A stretch of DNA of 56,621 nucleotides from Candidatus Binatia bacterium (GTDB lineage Bacteria > Desulfobacterota > Binatia > UTPRO1). The stretch spans positions 1-56,621 of the forward strand of contig JBDSJB010000116.1 in assembly GCA_039917665.1 (NCBI GenBank), read 5' to 3'. Below the pieces are notes generated by a model. It had not been told where the DNA came from and ran no database searches. It saw nothing but the letters and a program-made list of their open reading frames with translations. The position numbers and the translations under genes are program-made. Of the stretch, positions 9,236 to 17,173 are shown one piece after another. Each line of letters opens with the position of its first letter. Position 1 is the first letter of the stretch.

Positions 9236-10408
9236 ATGCTCATGCGCTCATCCCGGGTCCTGCCGATCGTCGTGCTCGTCGTCGCTTTCGTCCTCGGTTT
9301 CTGGACGATGCGCCGGCCGGTCCATCCTCGGGCCGCGCCCGTCGTTGCCGTCACCCACCCTTCGCCCTCACCCGTGGCACAAATCGCCGTCGTCGTTCCC
9401 TCGGCGTCGCCGTCGCCCCTTCGTCGCACCGTCCGCACCGAAACCGAGATCGCCCCAATGGGCATCATTCCGGAAATGGGCTCCGTCAGTACGAAGACGG
9501 CGGACGACTACGTGAAGCGGGCGCGCTTCCCGCGCTCCTCACAACCGATCGCGGACGGCGTCGATCCGATTGCGCGCGATCGGGAGGTCACGCGCGGGAA
9601 GAGCGCCGGTCCCGAAGGCACGAACCCGACGCTCGTGGTGTGGCCGCAGCGCACCGGCTTCGAAGCTCCGAGCCCGATCGTCCTTCATGCGTACCTCGTG
9701 CACGACAAGCGCAAGGTCGACCCGACCGAGATCACCGGCGAGATCCGCACGCAGCAAGGCGGCGTCCTCGCCGCGCTCGACTTCCACGACGACGGCACGA
9801 ACGGCGACGATCGCGCCAACGATCTCATCTTCACCAGCGTGGTCGCGCCGGGCCGCGAGCGCGCCATCGATTTCAAAGGCGCGCAACTCGTCGAGGTGCA
9901 CGCCCGCATCGACAACGGCGCGCAGCGCGTGGCGACCACGGGGTTTCTGTACAGCATTCCGCTCGGGCACCTGACCGGCCATTATCGCGACGAGATCGTC
10001 GGCGGGAACTTGATCGTCAGCGCCGAGGTTCTGGTCGATGCCACGGCGCGCTTCCACCTCGAAGCGACGCTCTCGGAGATGGACGGCACCGCGTTCGGAT
10101 GGTCGCAGAACGCGCTCGTGCTGGAGGCCGGGACGGTGTGGATTCCGCTCTCGTACTGGGGCCTGATGTTTCGCGATCGCGGCTCGGATGGACCCTACCT
10201 CGTGTCGTCCGTCGCTCTCTCGACCACGGGCGAAATGCCCAACCAGAAAAACGACGTCGCAACGAACGCGCACGTCACGAAGTCCTACCCCGTCACGGCA
10301 TTCAGCGAGCGACCCTTCAACGACCCCGCTCTTCTCGACGCGGCGGCCCGCTTGCGAGCGGATGCACCGGCCGGCATCGGCGGCGTCGAGGCGGGAAGCG
10401 GTCGCTGA
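9236..10408 (+). CDS. membrane-anchored hypothetical protein (N-terminal TM helix, Pro/Ser linker, large extracytoplasmic domain)
   Basis: 390 aa. MLMRSSRVLPIVVLVVAFVLGFW is a TM anchor, followed by HPSPSPVAQIAVVVPSASPSP. An acidic segment reads DFHDDGTNGDDRANDLIFT. I recognise no family. It starts 49 nt after the lipase gene. Confidence 0.7.
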   Translation: MLMRSSRVLPIVVLVVAFVLGFWTMRRPVHPRAAPVVAVTHPSPSPVAQIAVVVPSASPSPLRRTVRTETEIAPMGIIPEMGSVSTKTADDYVKRARFPRSSQPIADGVDPIARDREVTRGKSAGPEGTNPTLVVWPQRTGFEAPSPIVLHAYLVHDKRKVDPTEITGEIRTQQGGVLAALDFHDDGTNGDDRANDLIFTSVVAPGRERAIDFKGAQLVEVHARIDNGAQRVATTGFLYSIPLGHLTGHYRDEIVGGNLIVSAEVLVDATARFHLEATLSEMDGTAFGWSQNALVLEAGTVWIPLSYWGLMFRDRGSDGPYLVSSVALSTTGEMPNQKNDVATNAHVTKSYPVTAFSERPFNDPALLDAAARLRADAPAGIGGVEAGSGR

Positions 10409-10464
10409 ACGGTCCGATCTCATGGCCGTCGCGGGTCGGCTTCGGCCTCCTCGCGATCTTTCCG

Positions 10465-10680
10465 GTGCTCGCGCTGGCGCTCGCGGGTTTCGTCGAGGCG
10501 CGGATGTTGGCCGCACGGCCCGATCGCGTGTTGCTCCTCGCCGCGCTCCCGCTGGTCGCGTTACTGCTCGGTCCACGGACACGCGCCCGCGTCGCGCTCG
10601 CGGTCGCCGAGCTCGCGGCGATCGTCCCGCTCCACGCCTTCATCACGTTGCTGCGCGCGGCGCGCTTGGACGGGGGCTGA
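10465..10680 (+). CDS. possible small multi-TM membrane protein
   Basis: This is the tail of the otherwise out-of-frame ORF 9196..10680. It reads (GTG 10465) LALALAGFVEARMLAARPDRVLLLAALPLVALLLGPRTRARVALAVAELAAIVPLHAFITLL... It is hydrophobic, rich in G/C at third positions, and followed at once by a hairpin. Start is uncertain (ATG 10501 is the alternative). Confidence 0.3.
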   Translation: MLALALAGFVEARMLAARPDRVLLLAALPLVALLLGPRTRARVALAVAELAAIVPLHAFITLLRAARLDGG

Positions 10681-10707
10681 AAGCCGCGTCGGCGGCGCTC
10701 GCGGCTT
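10681..10707 (+). terminator. hairpin at the end of the lipase operon
   Basis: AAGCCGCG (10681-10688) / CGCGGCTT (10700-10707), 8-bp stem, 11-nt loop. There is no T-tract. Confidence 0.35.
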
Positions 10708-10797
10708 GACTAACCGGACGGACGCAAGTACGCGCAGCACCGAGCGTCGACGCCACGATCATCGATCGCAGCCGCGAGCGGCGCCAGGAGGCTAGGT

Positions 10798-11502
10798 ATG
10801 ACCGGGAGCAGCATGCGGAGGATTGGAGGGGTCGCGGCACTAGCTCTGGTGCTCGCCATCAACGGCTGCGCGGGCACTCGCCCTCATCGCGGTGGTTTCA
10901 ACTGCGACCGTCGCTTCGGCGGCGGCACGATCGGCGGCGCGCTCACCGGGGCCATGATCGGTGGCGGCGTCGGCGGCGGTATCGTCGCGACATCGGGAGA
11001 GACCGAACGCCAAGCCGAGGACTACGCCACCGCGATCGGCATCGGGGCGATCTCCGGCGCGTTGATCGGCGGCCTCTTCGGCCACTGCGCCTTCGATCCG
11101 CCCTACGAGGAAGAGCCGCCTCCGCCACCTCCGGCACCCGCTCCGCCTCCGCCGGTCGTCCAGAAGAAGATCGTCCTCCGCGGTGTGAACTTCGACTTCG
11201 ACAAGTCGAACATCCGATCCGACGCGGCCGAGATCCTCGATGAGGCGGCACGCATCCTTCGCGAGGAAGCCGACGTTCGAATCACCGTCGACGGCCACAC
11301 CGACGCGCGCGGCACCGACGAGTACAACGAGAAGCTGTCCCAGCGGCGGGCCCAAGCGGTCGTCGACCGGCTCACCCGTCTCGGCGTCGGCAGCAGCCGT
11401 CTCGAGCCTCAGGGCTACGGCGAGTCGCGGCCGGTGGCCAGCAACGATACCGACGAAGGTCGCGCCCAGAACCGGCGCGTCGAGCTGAACGTCGTCCGTT
11501 GA
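10798..11502 (+). CDS. OmpA-family peptidoglycan-binding lipoprotein
   Basis: AGGAGG lies upstream. Lipobox is LAINGC. A glycine-zipper segment GGGTIGGALTGAMIGGGVGGGIV and a poly-Pro linker follow. The C-terminal OmpA_C domain reads NFDFDKSNIRSDAAEILDEAARIL...TVDGHTDARGTDEYNEKLSQRRAQAVVDRL...NRRVEL. Confidence 0.9.
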   Translation: MTGSSMRRIGGVAALALVLAINGCAGTRPHRGGFNCDRRFGGGTIGGALTGAMIGGGVGGGIVATSGETERQAEDYATAIGIGAISGALIGGLFGHCAFDPPYEEEPPPPPPAPAPPPPVVQKKIVLRGVNFDFDKSNIRSDAAEILDEAARILREEADVRITVDGHTDARGTDEYNEKLSQRRAQAVVDRLTRLGVGSSRLEPQGYGESRPVASNDTDEGRAQNRRVELNVVR

Positions 11503-11506
11503 CGCC

Positions 11507-11546
11507 GAGGGAGCGGCGCGCGCATCCACGCGCGCACCGCTCCCTC
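11507..11546. terminator. bidirectional hairpin terminator between convergent genes
   Basis: GAGGGAGCGGCGCGCGC (11507-11523) pairs with GCGCGCACCGCTCCCTC (11530-11546) with one bulge. T-rich GATTCGTTTG follows. Confidence 0.6.
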
Positions 11547-11565
11547 GATTCGTTTGCTCCGCCGA

Positions 11566-12219
11566 CTAGGCGCCCCGCTTCTGACCGAAGCGGTTCCAGT
11601 GCGTGACTTGCTCGGCTGGACGCCGTCTCCCACGTCCGAACTTGCCTTGCGGACGCCCCATCGGAATCAGCGCGACGATCTCGTAGCGCGGCGGGATCGC
11701 GCAGATCGTCCGCACCTCGTCCTGATGAATGCGATACACGGTCGTGAGCGTGGTCCCGATACCGAGCCCGCGCGCGGCCAGCATGAAGTTCTGGACGGCC
11801 GGATACACCGAGGCGAACGGCGTCCCGACGTCGAGGGGCCCTTCGGCATCCTCGAGTGTCATGGAGATGTTGGGCATCAAGACCATCACCAAGGCTGGCG
11901 CGTCACCCATGTGCTCGGCGAGATGGCGCGACGCCGCGAGCGTCCGTTGAAACGCCGCCTCGTCCTCGGCGACCTTGAGCGGCTGCCGCAGCTTGAGCAC
12001 GACCGGCTCGTAGCGTGAGTAGGCGCGACGGTAGACGTCGCCGACGGCACGCTTCGTCTCGGGGTCGGTCACGACCAGAAACTGCCAGGGTTGAATGTTG
12101 CCGCCGCTCGGCCCGTGCACGGCGGCGTGGATGCACCGCAGGATCTCGTCGTCGGTGACGGGCTCGTTGGTGTAGCGCCGGACCGCCCGCGTCGTTTCGA
12201 TCGTCTCGAAGACGTCCAT
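11566..12219 (-). CDS. nitroreductase family protein
   Basis: MDVFETIETTRAVRRYTNEPVTDDEILRCIHAAVHGPSGGNIQPWQFLVV is the classic nitroreductase N-terminus. Its start abuts the stop of the upstream gene. Confidence 0.85.
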   Translation of the reverse strand: MDVFETIETTRAVRRYTNEPVTDDEILRCIHAAVHGPSGGNIQPWQFLVVTDPETKRAVGDVYRRAYSRYEPVVLKLRQPLKVAEDEAAFQRTLAASRHLAEHMGDAPALVMVLMPNISMTLEDAEGPLDVGTPFASVYPAVQNFMLAARGLGIGTTLTTVYRIHQDEVRTICAIPPRYEIVALIPMGRPQGKFGRGRRRPAEQVTHWNRFGQKRGA

Positions 12220-13008
12220 CTATCGTCCTTTGAATTGCGGCTTGCGCTTCTCGCTGATCGCGGCGAGCGCTTCGCGATGGTCGTCGCTCTGGAACGTCAC
12301 GAGCTCGAGCGCCGTGGATGTGTCGAACGCGACATTGAGCGCATCTTTCACGAGCTTGTTGACGGCGAGCTTGGTGTAGCGGACCGCGAGCGGGGCACCG
12401 GCCGCGAGGCGAGTGGCGAACGCCATCGCCTCCTCCGCGAGCGTGGCCGCCGGGACCACCTTGTTGATGAGGCCGATGCGCTCGGCTTCGGTCGCGGTCA
12501 GCGGATCGCCGGTGAGCAGATACTGCTTCGCGCGCGCCGGCCCGAGCGCGAGCGGCCAGATCGCGACGCCGCCATCGCCGGCGACGATGCCGATTCTCAC
12601 GTGCGGGTCACCGATCGTCGCGGTGTCGGCCATGAAGATCATGTCGGAGAGCAGCGCGATCGACGCGCCGAGCCCCATCGCGTGCCCGTTCACGGCTGCG
12701 ACGATCGGCAGCTCGACGTCGAGCAAATCCCAGATGAGCTGCTTCGCGTCGCGTCGGAGTGCCTCCAGGCGTGCCATGTCGCGGAGCTGCGGGAACCAGT
12801 TGAAGTCACCGCCCGCCGAGAATGCGCGACCGCGGCCCGTGAGCACGATGGCGCGCGCGCGGTCCTCGCGCCGCAACATCGCGAACAGCGCGGTGAGATC
12901 CCGGTGCAGCGCTTCGTCGACGGCATTCAGCTCGCTCGTCGGGTGCGCGATCGTCACGCGCAGCACGTCGCCGACGTACTCCTGCGTCAGGGTCTCGAAC
13001 TCGGCCAT
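12220..13008 (-). CDS. enoyl-CoA hydratase/isomerase (crotonase) family protein
   Basis: Part of ORF 12220..13308(-). Start at ATG 13008 (MAEFETLTQEYVGDVLRVTIAHP...), 2 nt after the upstream stop. It carries VLTGRGRAFSAGGDF and AAVNGHAMGLGAS. Confidence 0.9.
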   Translation of the reverse strand: MAEFETLTQEYVGDVLRVTIAHPTSELNAVDEALHRDLTALFAMLRREDRARAIVLTGRGRAFSAGGDFNWFPQLRDMARLEALRRDAKQLIWDLLDVELPIVAAVNGHAMGLGASIALLSDMIFMADTATIGDPHVRIGIVAGDGGVAIWPLALGPARAKQYLLTGDPLTATEAERIGLINKVVPAATLAEEAMAFATRLAAGAPLAVRYTKLAVNKLVKDALNVAFDTSTALELVTFQSDDHREALAAISEKRKPQFKGR

Positions 13009-13010
13009 GC

Positions 13011-14192
13011 TCAGAGCATCGCGCTGTCGGTGTCGAGACCGAGCAGCAGGCGTCCGGTCAGCTCGTAGGTCGACGGCGCGACCATCGCATGCTGCGTGAC
13101 GACGTGGATGTCGCGGAAGCAGCGCTGCAACGGGCTCGTCGCGTAGATCGACGAGCCGCCACCGGCTTCGTACATCAAGTCGACGGCGCGGGTGGCGCGC
13201 GTCGTCGCCTCCGTCGCGGCGAGGCGCAGCGCGGTGCGCTGTGCGACCGGAATGGCGCCGCTCGTGGACGCGGACTCCCACGCTTCCGCGACCGTCGATC
13301 GCAGCCAAGCGCGCGACGACTGCAACGCCGCCTCCGCCTGCGCGACCTGCATCTGAATGACGCCGCGCTCGCCGAGCAGTCGCTTGCTGCCGGTCGGCGT
13401 CTTGCCACCGGCGATTCGGACGAGCTCGTCGATCGCCGTCCGCGCAATGCCCGTCGCGACCGCGGCGATCCCGAGCGCCAACAAACCAAACACGGGAAAG
13501 CGAAAGAGCGGTCCGTCGACGACCGGACGATCGCTCATCAGTGAGATTGCACGGTCCGCCGGAACGAACACCTCGGCGACCTCGAGATCATGACTACCCG
13601 TGCCGCGCAGGCCGGAGACCGTCCACGTGTCGACGATCTTCACGTCGCTCGCGGGGAAGAGCATCATGCGCGAATCCGGGATGCTCCGGCCGATCATGCG
13701 CGGCTTCCCGTCTTCGAAGACGAGACAGCCGCCGAGCAGCCAGCTGCAGTGCTCGCTGCCGCTGCCGAAGGGCCATCGACCCTGCGCGCGATAGCCGCCC
13801 TCGACCGCGACCGCCTGGCCGCGCGGCGCGAAGACGCCGCCGGTCACGACGTCCGGCTGACCGTAGATCTCGCGGGCGGCCGCCGGCCCCATGTATCCGC
13901 TCACGAGACCGCTCGTGGCTCCGATCATCACGACCCATCCCGCCGAGCCGTCGGCCCGGGCCACCTCTTCGATCACGTCGAGGAGCGTGGCGACGTCGGC
14001 CTCGCCCCCGTCGAGCGACCGGGGGATGCACATGCGGAATGCGCCGGCCTCTGCGAGGCCGCGCACCAAATCGAGCGGGACACGCCGCCCGTGCTCGATC
14101 TCGTCGGCACGTTCTCGAATCGCGGGAGCCAGCGCACGGACGGCTTCCAGGGTGGAGATCGGCGGATCACTCACGACTCGGCGAATGCTCAT
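13011..14192 (-). CDS. acyl-CoA dehydrogenase family protein (type-2 C-terminal domain; possibly a flavin-dependent monooxygenase)
   Basis: Part of ORF 13011..14255(-). Start at ATG 14192 (MSIRRVV...). It carries GAFRMCIPRSLDGGEADVATLLDVIEEVARADGSAGWVVMIG and the C-terminal PLQRCFRDIHVVTQH. Confidence 0.8.
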   Translation of the reverse strand: MSIRRVVSDPPISTLEAVRALAPAIRERADEIEHGRRVPLDLVRGLAEAGAFRMCIPRSLDGGEADVATLLDVIEEVARADGSAGWVVMIGATSGLVSGYMGPAAAREIYGQPDVVTGGVFAPRGQAVAVEGGYRAQGRWPFGSGSEHCSWLLGGCLVFEDGKPRMIGRSIPDSRMMLFPASDVKIVDTWTVSGLRGTGSHDLEVAEVFVPADRAISLMSDRPVVDGPLFRFPVFGLLALGIAAVATGIARTAIDELVRIAGGKTPTGSKRLLGERGVIQMQVAQAEAALQSSRAWLRSTVAEAWESASTSGAIPVAQRTALRLAATEATTRATRAVDLMYEAGGGSSIYATSPLQRCFRDIHVVTQHAMVAPSTYELTGRLLLGLDTDSAML

Positions 14193-14274
14193 GGCGTCGG
14201 GGCGGACCATACAACGTTGCATCGTCTGGAAACAGTCATTAGAGAGGACGAACACCGACGAGAGGAGTCATTCC

Positions 14275-14601
14275 ATGGCGGACGTTCTGCAAGTCAGCGA
14301 CGACAGCTTTCAAACCGAGGTCCTGCAAGCGTCCACACCGGTCCTGATCGACTTCTGGGCCCCATGGTGCGGCCCCTGTCGCGCGATCGCGCCCATGGTC
14401 GAAGAGCTCGCGGGCACCTACAGCGGCAAGCTCAAGGTCGTGAAGATGAACGTCGACGACAACCCGAACACGCCGGCGAAATACGGCGTGCGTGGCATCC
14501 CGAACCTGATCATCTTCAAGGGTGGCGCGGTGCAGGAGCAAATCGTCGGGGCGGTGCCGAAAACGCAGCTCGTGAAAGCGATCGACAAAGTCGTCGCGTA
14601 G
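14275..14601 (+). CDS. trxA: thioredoxin
   Basis: MADVLQVSDDSFQTEVLQASTPVLIDFWAPWCGPCRAIAPMVEELA..., with a WCGPC active site, 108 aa. GAGAGGAG lies upstream. Confidence 0.95.
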   Translation: MADVLQVSDDSFQTEVLQASTPVLIDFWAPWCGPCRAIAPMVEELAGTYSGKLKVVKMNVDDNPNTPAKYGVRGIPNLIIFKGGAVQEQIVGAVPKTQLVKAIDKVVA

Positions 14602-14651
14602 CGCAGGTCGAAGATTCAAAGCCTGAAAGACCGCGCGGGCGGCGCGGAGCT

Positions 14652-14772
14652 GGGAGGGGTGGGTAACTGCCTCACTGGCTCCGCAGATGGGACGCCCGCA
14701 CCGCTCAAGGGCACCTTTCGCAGGGACCCGTGTCCCATCTAGTCGCCTGCGAGGCAGTTACCCACCCCTCCC
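14652..14772. repeat. long palindromic element A (22-bp perfect inverted-repeat arms around a 77-nt core)
   Basis: GGGAGGGGTGGGTAACTGCCTC (14652-14673) is the exact reverse complement of 14751-14772. An inner pair AGATGGGAC / GTCCCATCT lies at 14686-14694 / 14731-14739. Located 50 nt downstream of trxA. Confidence 0.7.
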
Positions 14773-14866
14773 CCGATCCGCCGCTGCGCGAGGCTTCATC
14801 AGCAACTAAAGCGTGACGCTCGCGACGAGCGGCGACACCTGGCGCTGCGGCGGTCGTCCCATGGGG

Positions 14867-14962
14867 AGGCGCGTTCGGCGGCTCGTGAACGGCGCACGCG
14901 GACCCTGCGAAGTCCACCCTTGAGCGGACGGGCGCCCCGCGTTCGAGACGCCGAACGCGCCT
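14867..14962. repeat. palindromic element B (14-bp inverted-repeat arms), core related to element A in opposite orientation
   Basis: AGGCGCGTTCGGCG (14867-14880) is the exact reverse complement of 14949-14962. The reverse complement of 14891-14940 shares the blocks CGCCCG, CCGCTCAAGGG, TTCGCAGGG and CGTG, in the same order, with 14689-14736. Confidence 0.6.
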
Positions 14963-15123
14963 GCCACCCCACGTCGCCACGACGTTGCTGTAGCTCTTCG
15001 CCCCGCTGCATCCGTGCGTGGTCGTCGGGCGTAGGTCCCGTGATTCATGACGGCCGGTCACGTCCGGGCTCGGTATGCGCCGAGTGCGGCACGACTTTCC
15101 CGGATCGTCGAAAAGGGGGCAGC

Positions 15124-15978
15124 ATGCGTTCGAAATGGCAACGAATCCTCGTCACGACGGCAATCGGCATCGGACTCAGTGCGCAGCTCGCGGCAGCTCG
15201 TGAGCCCGGGTGCGGGGGTCGGTCGCACGACTTCAAGAGCAACGCGCGGCTCCGCATGGTCGGACTGACCGATGATCAGCGTTTGGTCCATTTTCGCGAG
15301 TGCAATCCGGCGCGCACCAAGAGTGCGGGAGCGGTTTCCGGCCTTATTGGTGACACCGCGCTCATCGGCATCGATTTTCGGGTGCAGAACGGCAAGCTCT
15401 ACGGCGTCGGCGACACGGGCGGCGTGTACATCGTCGATCCAGAGACTGCAGTGGCCACGCTCGATTCCCAACTCACGGTGGCGCTCAGCGGGACGACGTT
15501 CGGCGTCGACTTCAACCCGGCCGCCGATCGTCTGCGTGTCATCAGCGACACCGGCCAGAATCTCCGGCACGACCTGAACACCGACACGACGACGCTCGAC
15601 ACCGGGCTCGCCTACGTCCCCGCGGCCGTCGCGACGATCGCGGCCGGCGCGTACACCAACAACGACCTCGACCCGACGACCGCCACCACGCTCTTCGATG
15701 TCGACACCAACCTCGATCAGATCGCGGTGCAATCACCGGCGAACAGCGGCACCCTCGCGCCATCCGGCAAGCTCACGCTCGACGTCGACGCCGGAGCCGG
15801 CTTCGACATCACCACGTCGCTCCGCGGCGGCGTCGCGGTCGGCAACCGCGGCTTTGCCACACTCGCCGCCGCCGGAATCCCCGGCCTCTACCGCGTGAAC
15901 CTGCTCACCGGCAAAGCCACACTGATCGGCAAGTTCGACACGACGGTCGTCGACCTCGCCATCCCACTCGACCAATAA
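15124..15978 (+). CDS. secreted DUF4394-like protein
   Basis: Part of ORF 14920..15978. Start at ATG 15124 (MRSKWQRILVTTAIGIGLSAQLAAA is a signal peptide), with AAGGGGG upstream. GIDFRVQNGKLYGVGDTGGVYIVDPETA...FGVDFNPAADRLRVISDTGQNLRHD matches my recollection of DUF4394. Confidence 0.75.
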   Translation: MRSKWQRILVTTAIGIGLSAQLAAAREPGCGGRSHDFKSNARLRMVGLTDDQRLVHFRECNPARTKSAGAVSGLIGDTALIGIDFRVQNGKLYGVGDTGGVYIVDPETAVATLDSQLTVALSGTTFGVDFNPAADRLRVISDTGQNLRHDLNTDTTTLDTGLAYVPAAVATIAAGAYTNNDLDPTTATTLFDVDTNLDQIAVQSPANSGTLAPSGKLTLDVDAGAGFDITTSLRGGVAVGNRGFATLAAAGIPGLYRVNLLTGKATLIGKFDTTVVDLAIPLDQ

Positions 15979-15985
15979 GCGGAAC

Positions 15986-16015
15986 GGGGTCCGAAGCACC
16001 CCCTCTTCGGGCCCC
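15986..16015. terminator. bidirectional hairpin between convergent genes
   Basis: GGGGTCCGAAG (15986-15996) / CTTCGGGCCCC (16005-16015), 11-bp stem with one G-U pair. Confidence 0.55.
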
Positions 16016-16058
16016 TCCTGCGTCATTCGTCGCTTCAAGTCTCAGGAAAACGACTGCC

Positions 16059-17171
16059 TCAAAAAAGAAAGCGGCGCATGTTCACGTTGATGATGAGGCC
16101 GACCGCAATCATCATCGTCGTCAGCGACGACCCGCCGTAGCTGAAGAACGGCAGCGTGATGCCGACGACGGGAAGAATGCCCGACGTCATGCCCACGTTG
16201 ATCACCACCTGCCAGAACACGATCGACACCACGCCGAAGGTCAGGAGCGCGCCGAAGCGATCTTTCGCGCGGTACGCCACCATCAGCCCGCGCACCACGA
16301 GCGCCGCGTAGAGCCCGATCAGCACGAGCGCGCCAACGTAGCCCCACTCTTCCGCGAAAACCGAGAAGATGAAGTCGGTGTGCTGCTCGGGGATGAAGTT
16401 CAGCTTGTTCTGCGTCCCGTGCAGGAACCCCTTGCCCCAGAACATGCCGGAGCCGATCGCGATCTTGGACTGAATGACGTGGTAGCCCGCACCGAGTGGA
16501 TCCATTTCGGGCGACAGGAACGTGAGCACGCGCTGCTGCTGATAGGTCTTGAGGTGTCCCCAGAGGAGCGGCACGGCCGCGGCGGCGATGCCGCCGAGCA
16601 TCAGGAAGATGCGAATCCGAAGGCCAGCGCAGAAGAGCACGCTGAACGCCACGATCGCGAGGATGCCGACGGTCCCCAGATCGGGCTGGGCGAGAATGAG
16701 CGCGGCGGGAACGGCGAGCAGAAGAAATCCGGGGATCGCATCGACGAGACGGACGTCGCCGGTGGCTTGCGCGCGATGGAAGTAGCGCGCGAGCGCGATC
16801 ACCAACGCGACCTTGATCATCTCCGACGGCTGGATCGAGACGGGCCCGAGGTCGATCCAACGGCGCGCCCCGCCACCGACGCTCCCGACCAGCGGGACGG
16901 CGAGCAGCAGAACGAGCGTGGCGGCGTAGACCACGTAGGCGTAGCGCTCGAGACGCCGGTAATCGATCAGCACGACCGCGATCATGCCGAGGAATCCGAC
17001 GCCGGCGTAGAACGCTTGCCGCATCACGAGGGGGTTGTTGGTGAAGCCGGTGTGGACGCGCGCCTCGGTGGCGCTGAAGATCGTCGCGAGCCCGCCGGAG
17101 ATGATCAGCAACGTGAGGCCGAGGAGCAGCCAATCGAAGTGATACGCGAGCCGACGATCGAATTGGCGCAT
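16059..17171 (-). CDS. rodA: rod shape-determining SEDS protein RodA (peptidoglycan glycosyltransferase)
   Basis: C-terminal part of ORF 16059..18236(-). Start at ATG 17171 (MRQFDRRLAYHFDWLLLGLTLLII...). It carries ...IQPSEMIKVALVIALARYF... and FIFSVFAEEWGYVG...LPFFSYGGSS. Confidence 0.95.
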   Translation of the reverse strand: MRQFDRRLAYHFDWLLLGLTLLIISGGLATIFSATEARVHTGFTNNPLVMRQAFYAGVGFLGMIAVVLIDYRRLERYAYVVYAATLVLLLAVPLVGSVGGGARRWIDLGPVSIQPSEMIKVALVIALARYFHRAQATGDVRLVDAIPGFLLLAVPAALILAQPDLGTVGILAIVAFSVLFCAGLRIRIFLMLGGIAAAAVPLLWGHLKTYQQQRVLTFLSPEMDPLGAGYHVIQSKIAIGSGMFWGKGFLHGTQNKLNFIPEQHTDFIFSVFAEEWGYVGALVLIGLYAALVVRGLMVAYRAKDRFGALLTFGVVSIVFWQVVINVGMTSGILPVVGITLPFFSYGGSSLTTMMIAVGLIINVNMRRFLF

Positions 17172-17173
17172 GA

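Noticed and set aside
9196-10680. A 494-aa ORF in a second frame spans the membrane-anchored protein gene.
   Set aside because: Most of it is Arg-rich out-of-frame translation of 9236..10408. Only its hydrophobic tail after the 10408 stop was kept, as a low-confidence small ORF.
14209-14222. Near-palindrome ATACAACGTTGCAT lies in the divergent ACAD / trxA spacer.
   Set aside because: It is short and imperfect, there is no adjacent regulator gene, and it cannot be told apart from chance.
14705-15061. Minus-strand ORFs of 70-118 aa lie in the trxA - DUF4394 spacer.
   Set aside because: They have no SD and no motif, carry Arg/Gly-rich composition, and are laid over the palindromic elements. 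I treat the spacer as non-coding.
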